Assembly: GCF_021869535.1 (NCBI RefSeq)
Contig: NW_026262604.1
Location: 19,468,001 to 19,532,000, forward strand
Reading direction: 5' to 3'
Length of the DNA stretch: 64,000 bases
Source: Mytilus californianus
Taxonomy: Eukaryota
The notes beneath the pieces were generated by a model. That model was not told the DNA's origin. It made no database searches and saw nothing but the letters and a program-made list of their open reading frames with translations. Both the position numbers and the translations under genes were made by a program. Of the stretch, positions 1 to 11,087 are shown in pieces. Position 1 is the stretch's first letter. Each line of letters begins with the position of its first letter.

Positions 1-143
1 TGTTGTTGGGCTCATTTTGATTGAATGATAATAGATATGACTACAAATTATCCACTACAAAATCCGTGTTGCTATTCAAAGATTCTTCATACTAATGTCA
101 TAGTTATGTTAAAAAGAAACTTCATTTATTCATTACTGAGAAT

Positions 144-340
144 TATTGAGAATGGAAATGGGGAAAATGTCAAACACCAAAGAGCAGAAAACAGCCTAAG
201 GCCACCAATAGGTCTTTAACATAGCGAAAAAATCCCGCATCCCTAGGCGGGCTTCACCTGGCCCCTAAACAAAACTGTGTACTTGTTCAGAGAAAATGGA
301 CGTCACACTAAACTCCGACACATATAAATGAACCAAATAA
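144..340 (+). mobile_element. Short interspersed repeat, family C (TTGAGAATGGAAATGGGGAA... family)
   Basis: The same sequence recurs at ~17605-17690 (+), ~37420-37630 (-) and ~55330-55550 (-). Confidence 0.8.
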
Positions 341-1494
341 GTAGGCCCGGTAAGATCCCTATTTGGTCCCAAAATATAGCATTTTTACAAATTTGTTGAA
401 ATGTGAACCTTTAACTATTTATTGGAAAGTAGAATACTTTTGTTCCATTAATATGAGCTGCTTTTGATAATGCACTGCACATGCATTAGGTACTAGCATT
501 ATAAATTTATGCAAAACTACTAACATTTTCACAATTTTATCATTTAAGTTTAAAATTAATTACAAATTTACATCGAATTTTATCGATAACATTTCAAGGA
601 AATTGAGGCGCGGAAGTTAATATAGGACATAATGAATGTTTTGTTTTAAATTGATAAACAGTAAACACCAGTGCTTAAAGCGTGCAAACGGACGGCACTA
701 ATAAAGCACCGACCATTCATTTTCTATGGTAGTGAGGGGGGAGGGGGACGTTATGTTTTTTGCTTGAATTGTTTGATTTTTTTTCTTGGATTGAATAATT
801 TATTTTAGAAGGGAAAACAACAAAAATAGTCTGTATCCATTATTTCACTTAGAAAAAGGGAAAAATATGACGCTTGTATTGCTGTTCCTCATCTCAAAGA
901 CACAGTGAGGCCTTCAACGCGGAGAAAAAAAACTCACTTCACTGCAAGTTTAAGACGGCCCCTAGCACCGGCTTGAGCGTAATTCGTTGCAAAAATAATT
1001 CGGATAGACTTTGTAAGATGAAACACCACCGAATCGGGCCAGGTCAAAAGAAGTACATATTTAAAACAAATTAGTATGGTCTGGAAATTAATAGGTTTTT
1101 TTTTAAGTTGAATTTTGTTCTTGTCCAGCGTAAAAAATACCCCTTAAACGAGAATTGTTTGTGCGTAAAGTAAATTGCAATGATGAATAGTACTGCATAG
1201 TAAACAGCAGTAAATTCAAATATTTATCAAGGGGAGATAACTCACATTTACAAGTTTAAATAACGAATAGTCATGTATGGTGAACTATTGTATACGATCC
1301 AAGATTCCTTAAATATATCAATAATTTCAGAATATTCTGATAAATGATTATATCTACTCGTCATCAAAACAAACAAACAGATGTTTACTTGGCACTAGAA
1401 TCTACATTTTCCAGAACTATAAATGTTATTCCAACAAAATCCGCAATCAAGATTTCCATATATGTTTAATTGAATGAATTGAGTCATATATTAA

Positions 1495-1667
1495 AGGTGT
1501 AAGAACTAAAAAATCAAACAGACAATTTTTATTGAATTGTAAGGTTACAGGTACAACATGTACATGTGTCATGACAAAGTACACAATTCTGATAAATGTG
1601 TCATGACAAAAACACAATTCTGATAAATGATATCATAATCATTGTACACACCGTCTGTGCATCACCT
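1495..1667. mobile_element. Possible Kolobok-type non-autonomous element
   Basis: TTAA|AGGTG...CACCT|TTAA boundaries, but only a 5-bp terminal inverted match. It contains an internal ~30-bp direct repeat (TGTCATGACAAA..CACAATTCTGATAAATG). Confidence 0.3.
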
Positions 1668-1912
1668 TTAAGACAATGCATAGACTATTTAAAACCTAAA
1701 ACCTTCATTTTATTTTGCTTTGGAAAACAGATGCAAACTATAGATGTCAACTTGGCATTTGTTATAGGATGAATGAAATGTGTTGACATTTGAAAAAAAA
1801 ACCGATGTGATTTGATAAAATCATAATCATTTCATGGCAGAACTGACATAAATGTTAGTTCTATCTTATAGCTTAGCTGCTAATGTATCAATTATCCAGA
1901 ACATGGTTAGTC

Positions 1913-2183
1913 ATGGAGAAGATGGGTTCAGTTTTTGTTTTGGTGATTTTGGTAACATGTAGCTATAGAGTTTTGGGTTTTGGGAACCTTGCACACAAGT
2001 ATAACGACTATGTATATCCAGGGCGGACTGCAACATCTAACACTGGCAATGGTGTTCATCCAGAGGGTACCACGACATTTAAGTTTGACCATGAGGTATA
2101 TCCAGAGGGGACACAAACTTTTAAGTATGATAATCCTGTAATACCGGAGCCAGTTAAACATGGACATACTGAGAAGAAAACAA
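1913..2183 (+). CDS. Exon R1: signal peptide plus ~4 copies of a 14-aa Tyr/Thr-rich repeat; secreted or surface protein
   Basis: M(EKM)GSVFVLVILVTCSYRVLG is a hydrophobic leader, followed by YNDYVYPGRTATSN/TGNGVHPEGTTTFK/FDHEVYPEGTQTFK. It ends at a phase-1 donor A|GTGAGT (2184) and is homologous to 5306-6095. Confidence 0.8.
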
Positions 2184-2224
2184 GTGAGTATTTAATGTTT
2201 ATAGTGTTTTATTTTGCATTAATG

Positions 2225-2530
2225 TAAAAACAAAGGGGTGAGCAAATGAGAAAAATATCCACCAGCGAGAAAATGAGTTAAATGTAAGTAAATATAAGCA
2301 ACGGTACGGTCTTCGACAATGAGAAAAACCCGTACCGTATAGTCTGATATAAAAGGCCTCGAAAAAATGCAGTAGAGAAAACTAACGGCCTAATTCAAAA
2401 CAAAACAAAACGTTTGACAAACATGAACCAACGATAACCAATGAATTTTTGGCTCCTGATTTGGTACAGGTTTCAAATGAATGTTGCGTGGTTAAAACTT
2501 GTTTTATGAGTGCTCCCCGACCCCCATAGA
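2225..2530 (+). mobile_element. Short interspersed repeat, family A (degenerate, long form)
   Basis: Similar to the copies at 4705-4880, 9015-9200, 14850-15180, 17150-17285 and 31830-32020. Confidence 0.6.
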
Positions 2531-3619
2531 TCAAAGGTTGGTGCCTTATGAAACTCGTTCTACGAATATGGAGTAATTTGAGAGTTCGAAAGGTGTTACG
2601 ATTACGCAGGCTACAGCAGCGTAACAATAGGTGAAAACGTATCGAAATGTTCTGGTTTTTTCATCAAAGCAGGATTATTGCTTTTTTCACTTTTATGTCC
2701 TGCCATATTGGCGTTTTCCTGCACATTCTATTCAATTGTTTCCGCACATCGTTTTAACGATCAAATCAAACGTTAGACTTTATCAACAAAAATGACTGAA
2801 AGTTTCTAGTAAACACGTTTAAGATAATTTCAATTCAGTTTCTACTATACCTACCAAGATTTTTACTTTTTTATTTGCTGCTAGTGATTAGCATTTCTGG
2901 ATATAAATTAAGGGAGTTTTAATTTTTACAATGTGTATTTTGATATTGTCCGTTTAAGTAAACTACAAAGTGATGATTTGTATAATTACATTGGTGTGAC
3001 TTACAAAGCATATACATTTCTATGGCATTATGTGCAGTAATCAAAACTACCGAGAAACTTTGAAGTACTAAACAAATACTTATTTTTAGCTTTCTATTGA
3101 AAATAGTTTTACGATTACTACACAATTTAAAATCAATTCTAAGGACATGTTTTTAACTTAATGTAAAACATTTAGTTGTACAGGTTATCTAAATAGCATA
3201 AAAAGTACTGTAAATTCTGAAATGATTGCGAAGTTTTTATTGATCGATAATGCGACCTTGTGATTTATGCAATAAAAAGAAGTCGCATTCTGATATCGGA
3301 TACATATACCTGTATGCAGCCTTTTCTGAAATTGCAACAATTAATCTCGCACTTTTGCCCATTCTTCAAAAATCGCAATAATAATATCACGCAATAATTT
3401 CTGAATTTACAGTATTGTAAAAGATAAGGATTTATAAACCATTTATTTTGTGTTTCCATAACCTTTTTTTCTTTTAGTTTTAATTGTCCGATCACCCTTT
3501 CACAGAAACAATATGTTTTGAAGGGGTGTGATATCTAACAGGAGATTTTTGGAAGAAACAAAAATATCTGATTGAAATGGGTAACGCTTTGGACTTTAAA
3601 ACATTGTGTTTTCCCGTAG

Positions 3620-3684
3620 GTGATTACGCCCACTATATCAATAATTTTAACGGTATAATTTCAGCTGTAATTTTAACCTTATAA
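3620..3684 (+). CDS. Candidate short terminal exon for R1 (SDYAHYINNFNGIISAVILTL*)
   Basis: Good acceptor (TGTGTTTTCCCGTAG|G), phase-1 compatible, with a short hydrophobic tail. There is no homology support. Confidence 0.2.
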
Positions 3685-4704
3685 TTTGAGGAAAATAATA
3701 AGGTTTGCTTGTAGGCCTTCACAGCGTCATTATACATAGATTCCCCTAATTACCATCCATAATCATCCAAAGCAAATAAATATCAGGATAACAAAATATT
3801 TCGATGTTTTACTGGAATACTTGCGTTTTAATTGTTAGAGACTTATTCAACTGTTACGGTTCTTATACATCATTGGCTTTCAATTATTCGGCTTTGGGTG
3901 TTCAGAAATCCAGAAAAGCGTAATTCATAAAGTCTTGTTATCATTTTTTATTCAGAAAGAAATGTTACAATATTTCTACAGCAAATATAAGGCCCATTGT
4001 TCAATAAGGTCTATAGTTGATATAGGTAAAAAGTCGTTAACGCTTTTACTGAATATTTTGTCTCTAGTGCGATAGCTGATGTCAGTGTAATAATGTGATG
4101 TTGATTTTCAAAAACTAGACCAATTATCAGTAAACTATGGAAATATGAAAAACAAACTCTTTAGTTCAATTTTGATCATGCAGAAGCGTCTGTCTAGATA
4201 TCCAGATGTCGTTAATCATAAAACAAATTTCTATTCAAGTTGGTAATATTCAATTAAGGTTGGTTATAGTTATTCATGTCTAACCCCTAACTGACTGTAA
4301 ATAGTTTCATAGTGCAACTTTTAAAGTATTACCCGTTTTCAAGATCTTGCGTTTTTACAAAAATCTATCTCAAATAATTTAATTTGTATTCACATTGAGC
4401 TCTATTAATTGAAGCATGACGTAGAAATTGACCTACCGTGAACTTACTTTCAATATTTAATTTTAGAAAAAAGTAAACCTGAGTCAAAAGGGCTAAAGTA
4501 CTATGTCCCAGATCATAGTAGCTAAACTGGAGTAAGCGTTGTTGATTTTAATCAGTTTTTTTTAATAAAAGGAATCAAGATTGGTGCATGTGTTAAATTA
4601 CATCAACAACTGATATTTTTTTTTACATTTTTGTCAACTTTTCATAAACATCAAAAGACTTAATCCATCTATCAGTAAACTGCGGGCTTCTGTCTTTATA
4701 TATA

Positions 4705-4880
4705 TAGATAGAAGATGTGGTATGAGTGCCAATGAGACAACTCTCCATCCAAGTTACAATGTGTAAAAGTAAACCATTATAGGTCATAGTACGGCCTTCA
4801 ACACGGAGCCTTGGCTCACACCGAACAGCAAGCTATAAAGGGCCCAAAAATGACTAGTGTAAAACCATTCAAACAGGAAT
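4705..4880 (+). mobile_element. Short interspersed repeat, family A (AGATGTGGTATGAGTGCCAATGAGACAAC...)
   Basis: Near-identical to the reverse complement of 9015-9200 and 31830-32020; flanked by (AT)n runs. Confidence 0.85.
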
Positions 4881-5305
4881 ATATATATATATATTTCCTG
4901 AGTTAATGATGTCTAAAATTCTTTTACCCCAGACTGATTGTAAGTGTTAACTGCAAACATAAACTTAGTTCATTTATCAGTAAAGCACTAGATAAAATAA
5001 CAACGTTTCAATATGTATCTTTAACGTGACCAAATCGTCTCTGCTTTACTTTTTCATGAGATTCTGATTCAAAACCTGATACATACATTTTATTTTTCTT
5101 TGGAAATCGTATTGGAACTATAAATGTTAAAATGGCATTTATTATTACATGAAAATAATTCATTGGCATTTTGACAAACGGTATTATCTAATAACATTTT
5201 AATTAATGGAATGTTGGTTTGTTATAAATGTTAATTCTGCCAACATATATACATTCAAATAACACAGTGGTTTAGGAGAACATATTTGTGTTCAGCCTTG
5301 ATAAA

Positions 5306-6095
5306 ATGTGTTCAGTCTTTTTCTTTGCAATTTTGGCAACTTGTACAGTTTCCAGTTTTGAAAATTTAGATAATAAGAATGTTTATGTATCTTCAGGACA
5401 AACATCAGCAAAAACGTATGACAATGGTTTATATCTAGAGCGGACATCAACATCCAACTCTGACCACGTGGTATCTTCAGGACAAACAGCAGCAAACACG
5501 TATGAAGATGGTTTGTATCCAGAGCGGACCATAACATCCATCTCTAACCACGCGGTATCTTCAGGACAAACAGCAGCATACACGTATGACAATGGTTTAT
5601 ATCCAAAGCGGACCATAACATCCAACTCTGACCACGTGGTATCTTCAGGACAAACAGTAGCATATACGTATGACGATGGTTTACATGCAGAGCGGACAAC
5701 AACTTCCAACTTTAACAACAGGGTATTTTCAAAGGGTTTCCTACTCTACGGTTATGACCACCATGTATATCCAGTAAGTTCTACACGCTCTAAGTATGAA
5801 CACGGCGGTGTTTATCTAAAGAGGACAACAACATACAAGTACGCCAATGGTGTTTATCAAGATAAGATGTCAACATCAAAGTATGGCAATGCTTTAAATC
5901 CAGAACATGTAGTCACATCCAATGTTTACCATGGTGTGTACCCAGAGGGAGCGACATTATTCAACAATGGCAATGATGTAAATGCGATGAGGACAAACAA
6001 ATCCCAACAGGATAATGATGTGTATCCAGATGGTACTACAACATATATCTATGACTATGAGCCGACTGAAGTTATAAATCTTCAGGGCCAAAGTA
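5306..6095 (+). CDS. Exon R2: signal peptide plus ~16 copies of the 14-aa repeat
   Basis: The MCSVFFFAILATCTVSS leader aligns with the R1 leader at DNA level, including upstream sequence. Repeats such as YDNGLYPKRTITSN/SDHVVSSGQTVAYT form an 84-bp higher-order array (~5380-5720). Phase-1 donor A|GTAAGT at 6096. Confidence 0.85.
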
Positions 6096-7070
6096 GTAAG
6101 TGTTTGAATACAAGTCTTGTGAAAATCGTCATCGAATCTGGTCTTATCGTATCCATTTTGTTTTTGTATGAAAATATTTTCATTCTATAAATTATTTTAT
6201 TTACAATAAATTGATACTGTAGAAATACAATAATTTTCTTTTAAGTGAATTAAGTCTAACAAAAGTTAATTAAAGGAGAATTAAGTAAATGCATTGATAA
6301 GGCCAGTTGTGTACTTATTTCAGTCACTAATTGTGACCAAAAAAAAAATGAAAATAGACATGATAGGTAGTCTGTTATTGACAATTTCCTAAATTAAATT
6401 TTGCAGACTTGACGGGTGGGTTTTATTGTTTTGTCACTGAGAATATATTTCAATACTTATTATTTTTTTTACATAATTGTTCAACCATTCATTGTTTAAT
6501 ACATTTTCAATTGGTAAGATATGAGATTGGGCCGTCAATACTTTTTTCTTTAAAATATTTTACCATTTAAGTACAGTGGGTACATATGCTCGGTTAAATA
6601 AAAGAACTTAAATTCTACCATCTGATGATTTTTTTGTTAAAATTTCAAAAGAAATATTTGTTTTTAAACTGAAATTTTACCCTTATTACAATGTGTTTGT
6701 CTGTGCAAGAAAAAGGGGACATTTTTTTTTTAAAACCAAAATATTCTGTTTATATTCTGAAATCGGATCAGTTCTATATTCTTAACGTTACATTTATTAC
6801 AGTTTGAATGTATTTGATGACATTTGGATAAATATTTATCAATTGATACAAGATTGACATAAGCGTTATTTTTAACACATGTTCAAACTACTTACATTTT
6901 TGTCCTTCCTGTCTTTAAATTCACGATCAGTGTACTAAAAAAAATAATACCAATTTACCTCAACTAATGCGCAAATGCTCCAGAAGAAAATGTTTATTGT
7001 CTGTCGTAAATGAGTTACTCCTTTGTTTTCAGAGATTAAAAGTTTCTTATTTTTATATAAAACTATACAG

Positions 7071-7550
7071 ATATAACATTGATGTTTTTAGAGCGAACCA
7101 CAAGAAACAAGTCAACTGCTCTTGGTGTAAATAATAAACGAACCAAAAGATTTATGTCTGGTTATGGCGTCTATCCAGTGCAAGCCACAACATCAATATT
7201 TGACGATAGTGTGTTACAAGAATGGACCACAAGATACAATTATGACCATGGTGTATACCCCAAGGGGACCAGAACCTCCAAATACGGTTCTGCTGTATAT
7301 CCAGAGAATACCAAAAGATACAACTTTGACCATAGTATGTACCCCAAGGGGACCAGATCCTCCAAGTATGGTTATGGTGTATATCCAGAGCGGACCACAA
7401 GATACAACTATAACCATAGTGTATACCCCAAGGGGACCAGAATCTCTAAGTATGGTTATGATGTATATCCAGATGGGACCACAGAACATTTGTATGAAAA
7501 TGATGTTACAACAGAGCCAGCTATAAGTGTAGACCCTCAGGAGAAAACAC
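7071..7550 (+). CDS. Exon R3: internal phase 1-1 exon with ~9 copies of the 14-aa repeat
   Basis: Acceptor TATACAG|AT at 7070 and donor C|GTGAGT at 7551. Repeats YDHGVYPKGTRTSK/YGSAVYPENTKRYN alternate. The exon end (EKT|gtgagtattta) matches the R1 end. No signal peptide. Confidence 0.8.
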
Positions 7551-7959
7551 GTGAGTATTTACAGAAAAGGTATCTCACTAAAGTACCTATCGTCAATATG
7601 TGTTATTAGTAAATATCCTATTTTGCATGCCTATTTGTTGTTTATGTATAGCTCCTTACTGTCATTTATTAAAAAAAAATAATAAAGATTGTTTAAACTA
7701 ATCTTTATGCTTTGGAAATATTTTGACATTGTGAAAAGAGAGAATAATAGCTAAGCTTTTATTTCGATCTTAAGTATTAAAGATGATTAGTGTTGTATTT
7801 GCAATTTTGCCAAAATTAATGTTATTATAGTTATATATTTGATGTATTCCATTTGTAATAGCTGGTAGATCAATTATGATCAATTATGATCAATTCACCG
7901 CAATATTTTTGTATTGTTTGGTCCTTTGTGAGTTGTTCCAAATAATTTATTAGCTATAC

Positions 7960-8110
7960 CTGTGCACACCCCGCTTTTTGTTTTTCATGACGTTGGTCTT
8001 GCTCAGTTTTAGTTTTCTATGTTGTGTTTTATAGACTGTTGTTTGTATTTTGGAATATCTCTGTCAGTTTATCTTTGACTGAAGTGTTTGAATAACCCTT
8101 TGACTTTTTT
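7960..8110 (+). mobile_element. Short repeat, family B (…TTAGTTTTCTATGTTGTGTTTT…), probably the 3' region of a Penelope-like element
   Basis: Other copies lie at 16890-16995, 26915-27115 (-), 30290-30470 and ~34700-34855 (-). The PLE origin is inference. Confidence 0.6.
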
Positions 8111-8289
8111 CCTGCCTCTATTTTACAGTAAAGGTCATATTTTGACGTTTGTTAAACAAATGAATGGATATCAATTATATAACAAACTTTTTTTATGCAA
8201 ACAACGAATTATAGTCATTTCGTACCCTAACCATTTCGTACCTCCCATTTCGTACCCTTGCAAAAACCATTTCGTACCCTGACCATATC

Positions 8290-8660
8290 TTACCTTGACC
8301 ATTTCGTACCTCATGGAATATATACATGTATACCATTTCGTACCTCATGGAATATTTACATGTATACTATTTCCTCATGGAAGTTTATATGTATGCCAAT
8401 TCGTACCTCATGTAAGATTTATATATATTTGCCATTCTGTATCTCATAGAAAATTTATATGTTTTTGATTTTTTGGTAAAAACTGTCTCATTGATGTGCG
8501 CCATTTTATACCTTATGGAAGAGTTATATGTATACCATTTTGTACCTCATGAAAGATTTGTATGTATGTATACCATTTTGTACCTCATGGAAGATTTGTA
8601 TGTATGTATACCATTTCGTACCTCATGAACGATTTGTATGTATGTATACCATTTTGTATA
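8290..8660 (+). repeat. Minisatellite, ~34-40-bp unit (TATACCATTT[C/T]GTACCTCATGGAA...)
   Basis: About 9 visible tandem units derived from the subterminal motif of the 8210-9745 element. Confidence 0.85.
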
Positions 8661-9014
8661 CCAGTTTAGTGTGACTTTTTATTAAAATTTTATTGCAAAC
8701 ATAGGTCAAAAAGACATTAAAATTACACCTAAGGGATTCCCCTTTACACGAAAGAATAGTTTCTACCTGTCTTGGTTTTTATCCTCCTTTATATCTTCTC
8801 AGGGAAGATGACACTGTGAATTTAGATGATCGATAAATATAACGGGAAATGGTCCTCCGTTATTATTTCTTGTATTAGTTATCAATCTTCCGACCGAGGC
8901 AGACATGAATTACCCTCCGCGGGAGTCCCGATTGATCTCGAGCCGCGTTTCCAATACTTTTAAATATACAATTCCTTGGTTAGATATTAGGATACAAAAT
9001 AAACGAACTTGTAA

Positions 9015-9200
9015 TTTAGATTAGACTGTTGGTTTTCCTGTTTGAATTATTTTACTCTAGTCATGTTTATAGCTTGCTGTTCGGTGTGAGCCAATGCTCC
9101 GCGTTGAAGGCCGCACTTTGACCTATAACTGTTAACTTTTTATACATGGTGACTTGGATGGAGAGTTTTCACATTGGCACTGATACCACATCTTCAATAT
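9015..9200 (-). mobile_element. Family A repeat nested in the foldback element
   Basis: Reverse complement of 4705-4880. Confidence 0.8.
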
Positions 9201-9779
9201 TTTCATTGTAATTTTTAAATTCAAAAGGCCATAGCAAGTTCTTTGATTGGTCACATAAGGTGCAAATTCTAATGAAAACATTCTTGGGTGAATATCAGCT
9301 TGTGTCCCTTTTCACTGCATTTCCTGACAAAAACAACTGTTAATAACTATAAAAACAGTTGCAGATAATCCTTTCTTTGATGATTAATTAATCTCTTATT
9401 TTTAGAGTTGAAAAATTAATTAAGGATAAATCCTGCTAACAAACAACGTGTAATTAAAACTATTAAAGTTTCCAAGTGCTGCTTAATCAAACCAATCATC
9501 GGTCTTTATAACATTTCTACGGCTGGATGCATTGTATTTATGTTATATTTACAAAAATTCAAATCATCTCAAAATGTTTTATATCTTAAAAAAATGTGAA
9601 CTTTTACAAATAGATGATACGAAATAGTAAAGATGTATTTTGTAAAAAATGGTAGATGCATATGGCCAATAGGGTACGAAATGGTTTTTATCGTGGGTAC
9701 GAAATGGTAAATTTTAGGTACGAAATGGCAGAGGTACGTAGTCTAAAATCATGCGAAACATGTAAAAACATTAAAAAGG

Positions 9780-10340
9780 AATACAAAAATGTTGTATGAA
9801 AAGAAAATACAAAACCAAGTAAAAACCCGTGAGAAAAAAAAATTGTTATTAAAAAGAAATGCAATTTAAATGAGTTTTAAGCTGAGATTTAAAACAATCT
9901 AGAGACTTGCATTGACTCAAACTAGAGATTGTTCCAAAGAAATGCCGCTGACCAATCAAAATATCTTTCGCTGTACGTCTTCGTCTTCGAACGGTAAGTA
10001 GTTGTGTAGAGCCTGAACGGAGAGATCGATGTGGCACGTGTGTCTTGACTAGTTCCCGATTGTACGCAGGACTGATGCCATTCAAAGTACAGTGCACATA
10101 AGTATGTTAAATTATGGTCAGTACTGAACGGGTTACCAATGCAAGTTGACAAGTATCGGTGTAATATGTTCATATTTCCTTGTCTTGTTGATTACCGAAC
10201 TGTTGTATTTTGTACTTATCTTGTTGATATTCCTGTTATCAAGTCTGGATCTTACTATAGAGTGTAATAGTGTCTCACATATATGCAGCTGTTGTTATAA
10301 AGCTGCGAATGAGTCCACTATTACTGATGTGAAATGACAA
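9780..10340 (-). mobile_element. 3' fragment of an L2/CR1-group non-LTR retrotransposon (degenerate RT C-terminus and tail)
   Basis: Minus-strand frames give RKYEHITPILVNLHW, SLRSGSTQLL, KTKTYSERYFDWSAAFLWNNL and KSLDCFKSQLKTHL, with stops and frameshifts. Confidence 0.85.
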
Positions 10341-10489
10341 CATTTGACTTTGGCAGATACTTGCTGTTCCATTGTTTTATCATAATATACTCCTAGGAGT
10401 TTTACACAGGATACGCACAGTATTGCCGACTTTGATGTGGATATTTGTTACACTTGCGTTCAAATGTTTCGGTGTGAATATGATACGTT

Positions 10490-10720
10490 CGGTTTTATCT
10501 TGATTAAGTTTTAACGTATTTTTTGACATCCATGAACAAACATCGGAAAGACACAGTTCGAGTTTTGAAAAGTAATTCTCCAGGTGTCTGCCGGCTTTAT
10601 GACCATGTATACTTGTGTATCTTCCATTTTATCTTGATTAAGTTTAACATATTTTTTTGACATCCATGAACTAATATCGGAAAGACGCAGTTCGAATTTT
10701 GAAAAGTTATTCTTAAGTTG
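10490..10720 (+). repeat. Two-copy direct repeat, ~135-bp period
   Basis: TTTTATCTTGATTAAGTTT..TTGACATCCATGAAC..ATCGGAAAGAC.CAGTTCGA.TTTTGAAAAGT occurs twice. Confidence 0.8.
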
Positions 10721-10754
10721 ATTATTTCAGCTTTCCAATTGTAGACAATCCATT

Positions 10755-10955
10755 TCTATGCAGCAACATTCTAGCAGCGCCTGCATATTGAGTAAATATC
10801 TCCCAGTCGATACGAAATTCCAGATGTCTTATCATGATTATTTGATGGAGAATAGCTGCTCACATGGAAGCTATTAAACTAAGAGTTGTAAGTAGTGAAG
10901 CTGAAATCATCTCTTCGAAAATTTTACGGACGGCACCACGGGTTGACCGTTATAA
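10755..10955 (+). mobile_element. Penelope-like element RT C-terminal fragment
   Basis: Degenerate CSNILAAPAY..NISQSIR and KLKSSLRKFYGRHH..DRY, typical of the end of mollusc PLE RTs. Confidence 0.8.
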
Positions 10956-11087
10956 ACATAAGAAAAATACAAAAACAAGAAGCTAACTTGGACAAAAACA
11001 AAAGAACACCAACATTTCCAAAATAACCATTTCTCTTTAAAATAGATATTATATACATTTTGTTTTTGTATTACTTTCTTATTTTAG

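Larger units (their letters stand above)
8210..9745. mobile_element. Foldback-like DNA element with inverted subterminal CCATTTCGTACC repeats
   Basis: Four CCATTTCGTACC-type motifs at 8215-8280 and four GGTACGAAATGG-type motifs (the last truncated) at 9672-9740. No ORF. TSD not identified. Confidence 0.65.

Noticed and set aside
5292-5718. Repetitive minus-strand ORFs, also 1928-2167, 7152-7400, 7214-7489 and the alternative plus frame 7164-7526
   Set aside because: Shadow frames of the 42/84-bp coding repeats; only the signal-peptide frame has consistent splice phases.
6407-6513. Possible extra exon between R2 and R3
   Set aside because: It has an acceptor but no repeat homology, and its donor would be phase 0, incompatible with R3.
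8215-8660. Short direct repeats that superficially resemble a CRISPR array
   Set aside because: The spacers are near-identical, there are no cas genes and the context is eukaryotic; it is a minisatellite.
10146-10337. Hydrophobic ORF that could have been the GPCR signal exon
   Set aside because: It is the antisense of the L2/CR1 RT fragment (RKYEHITPIL on the minus strand).
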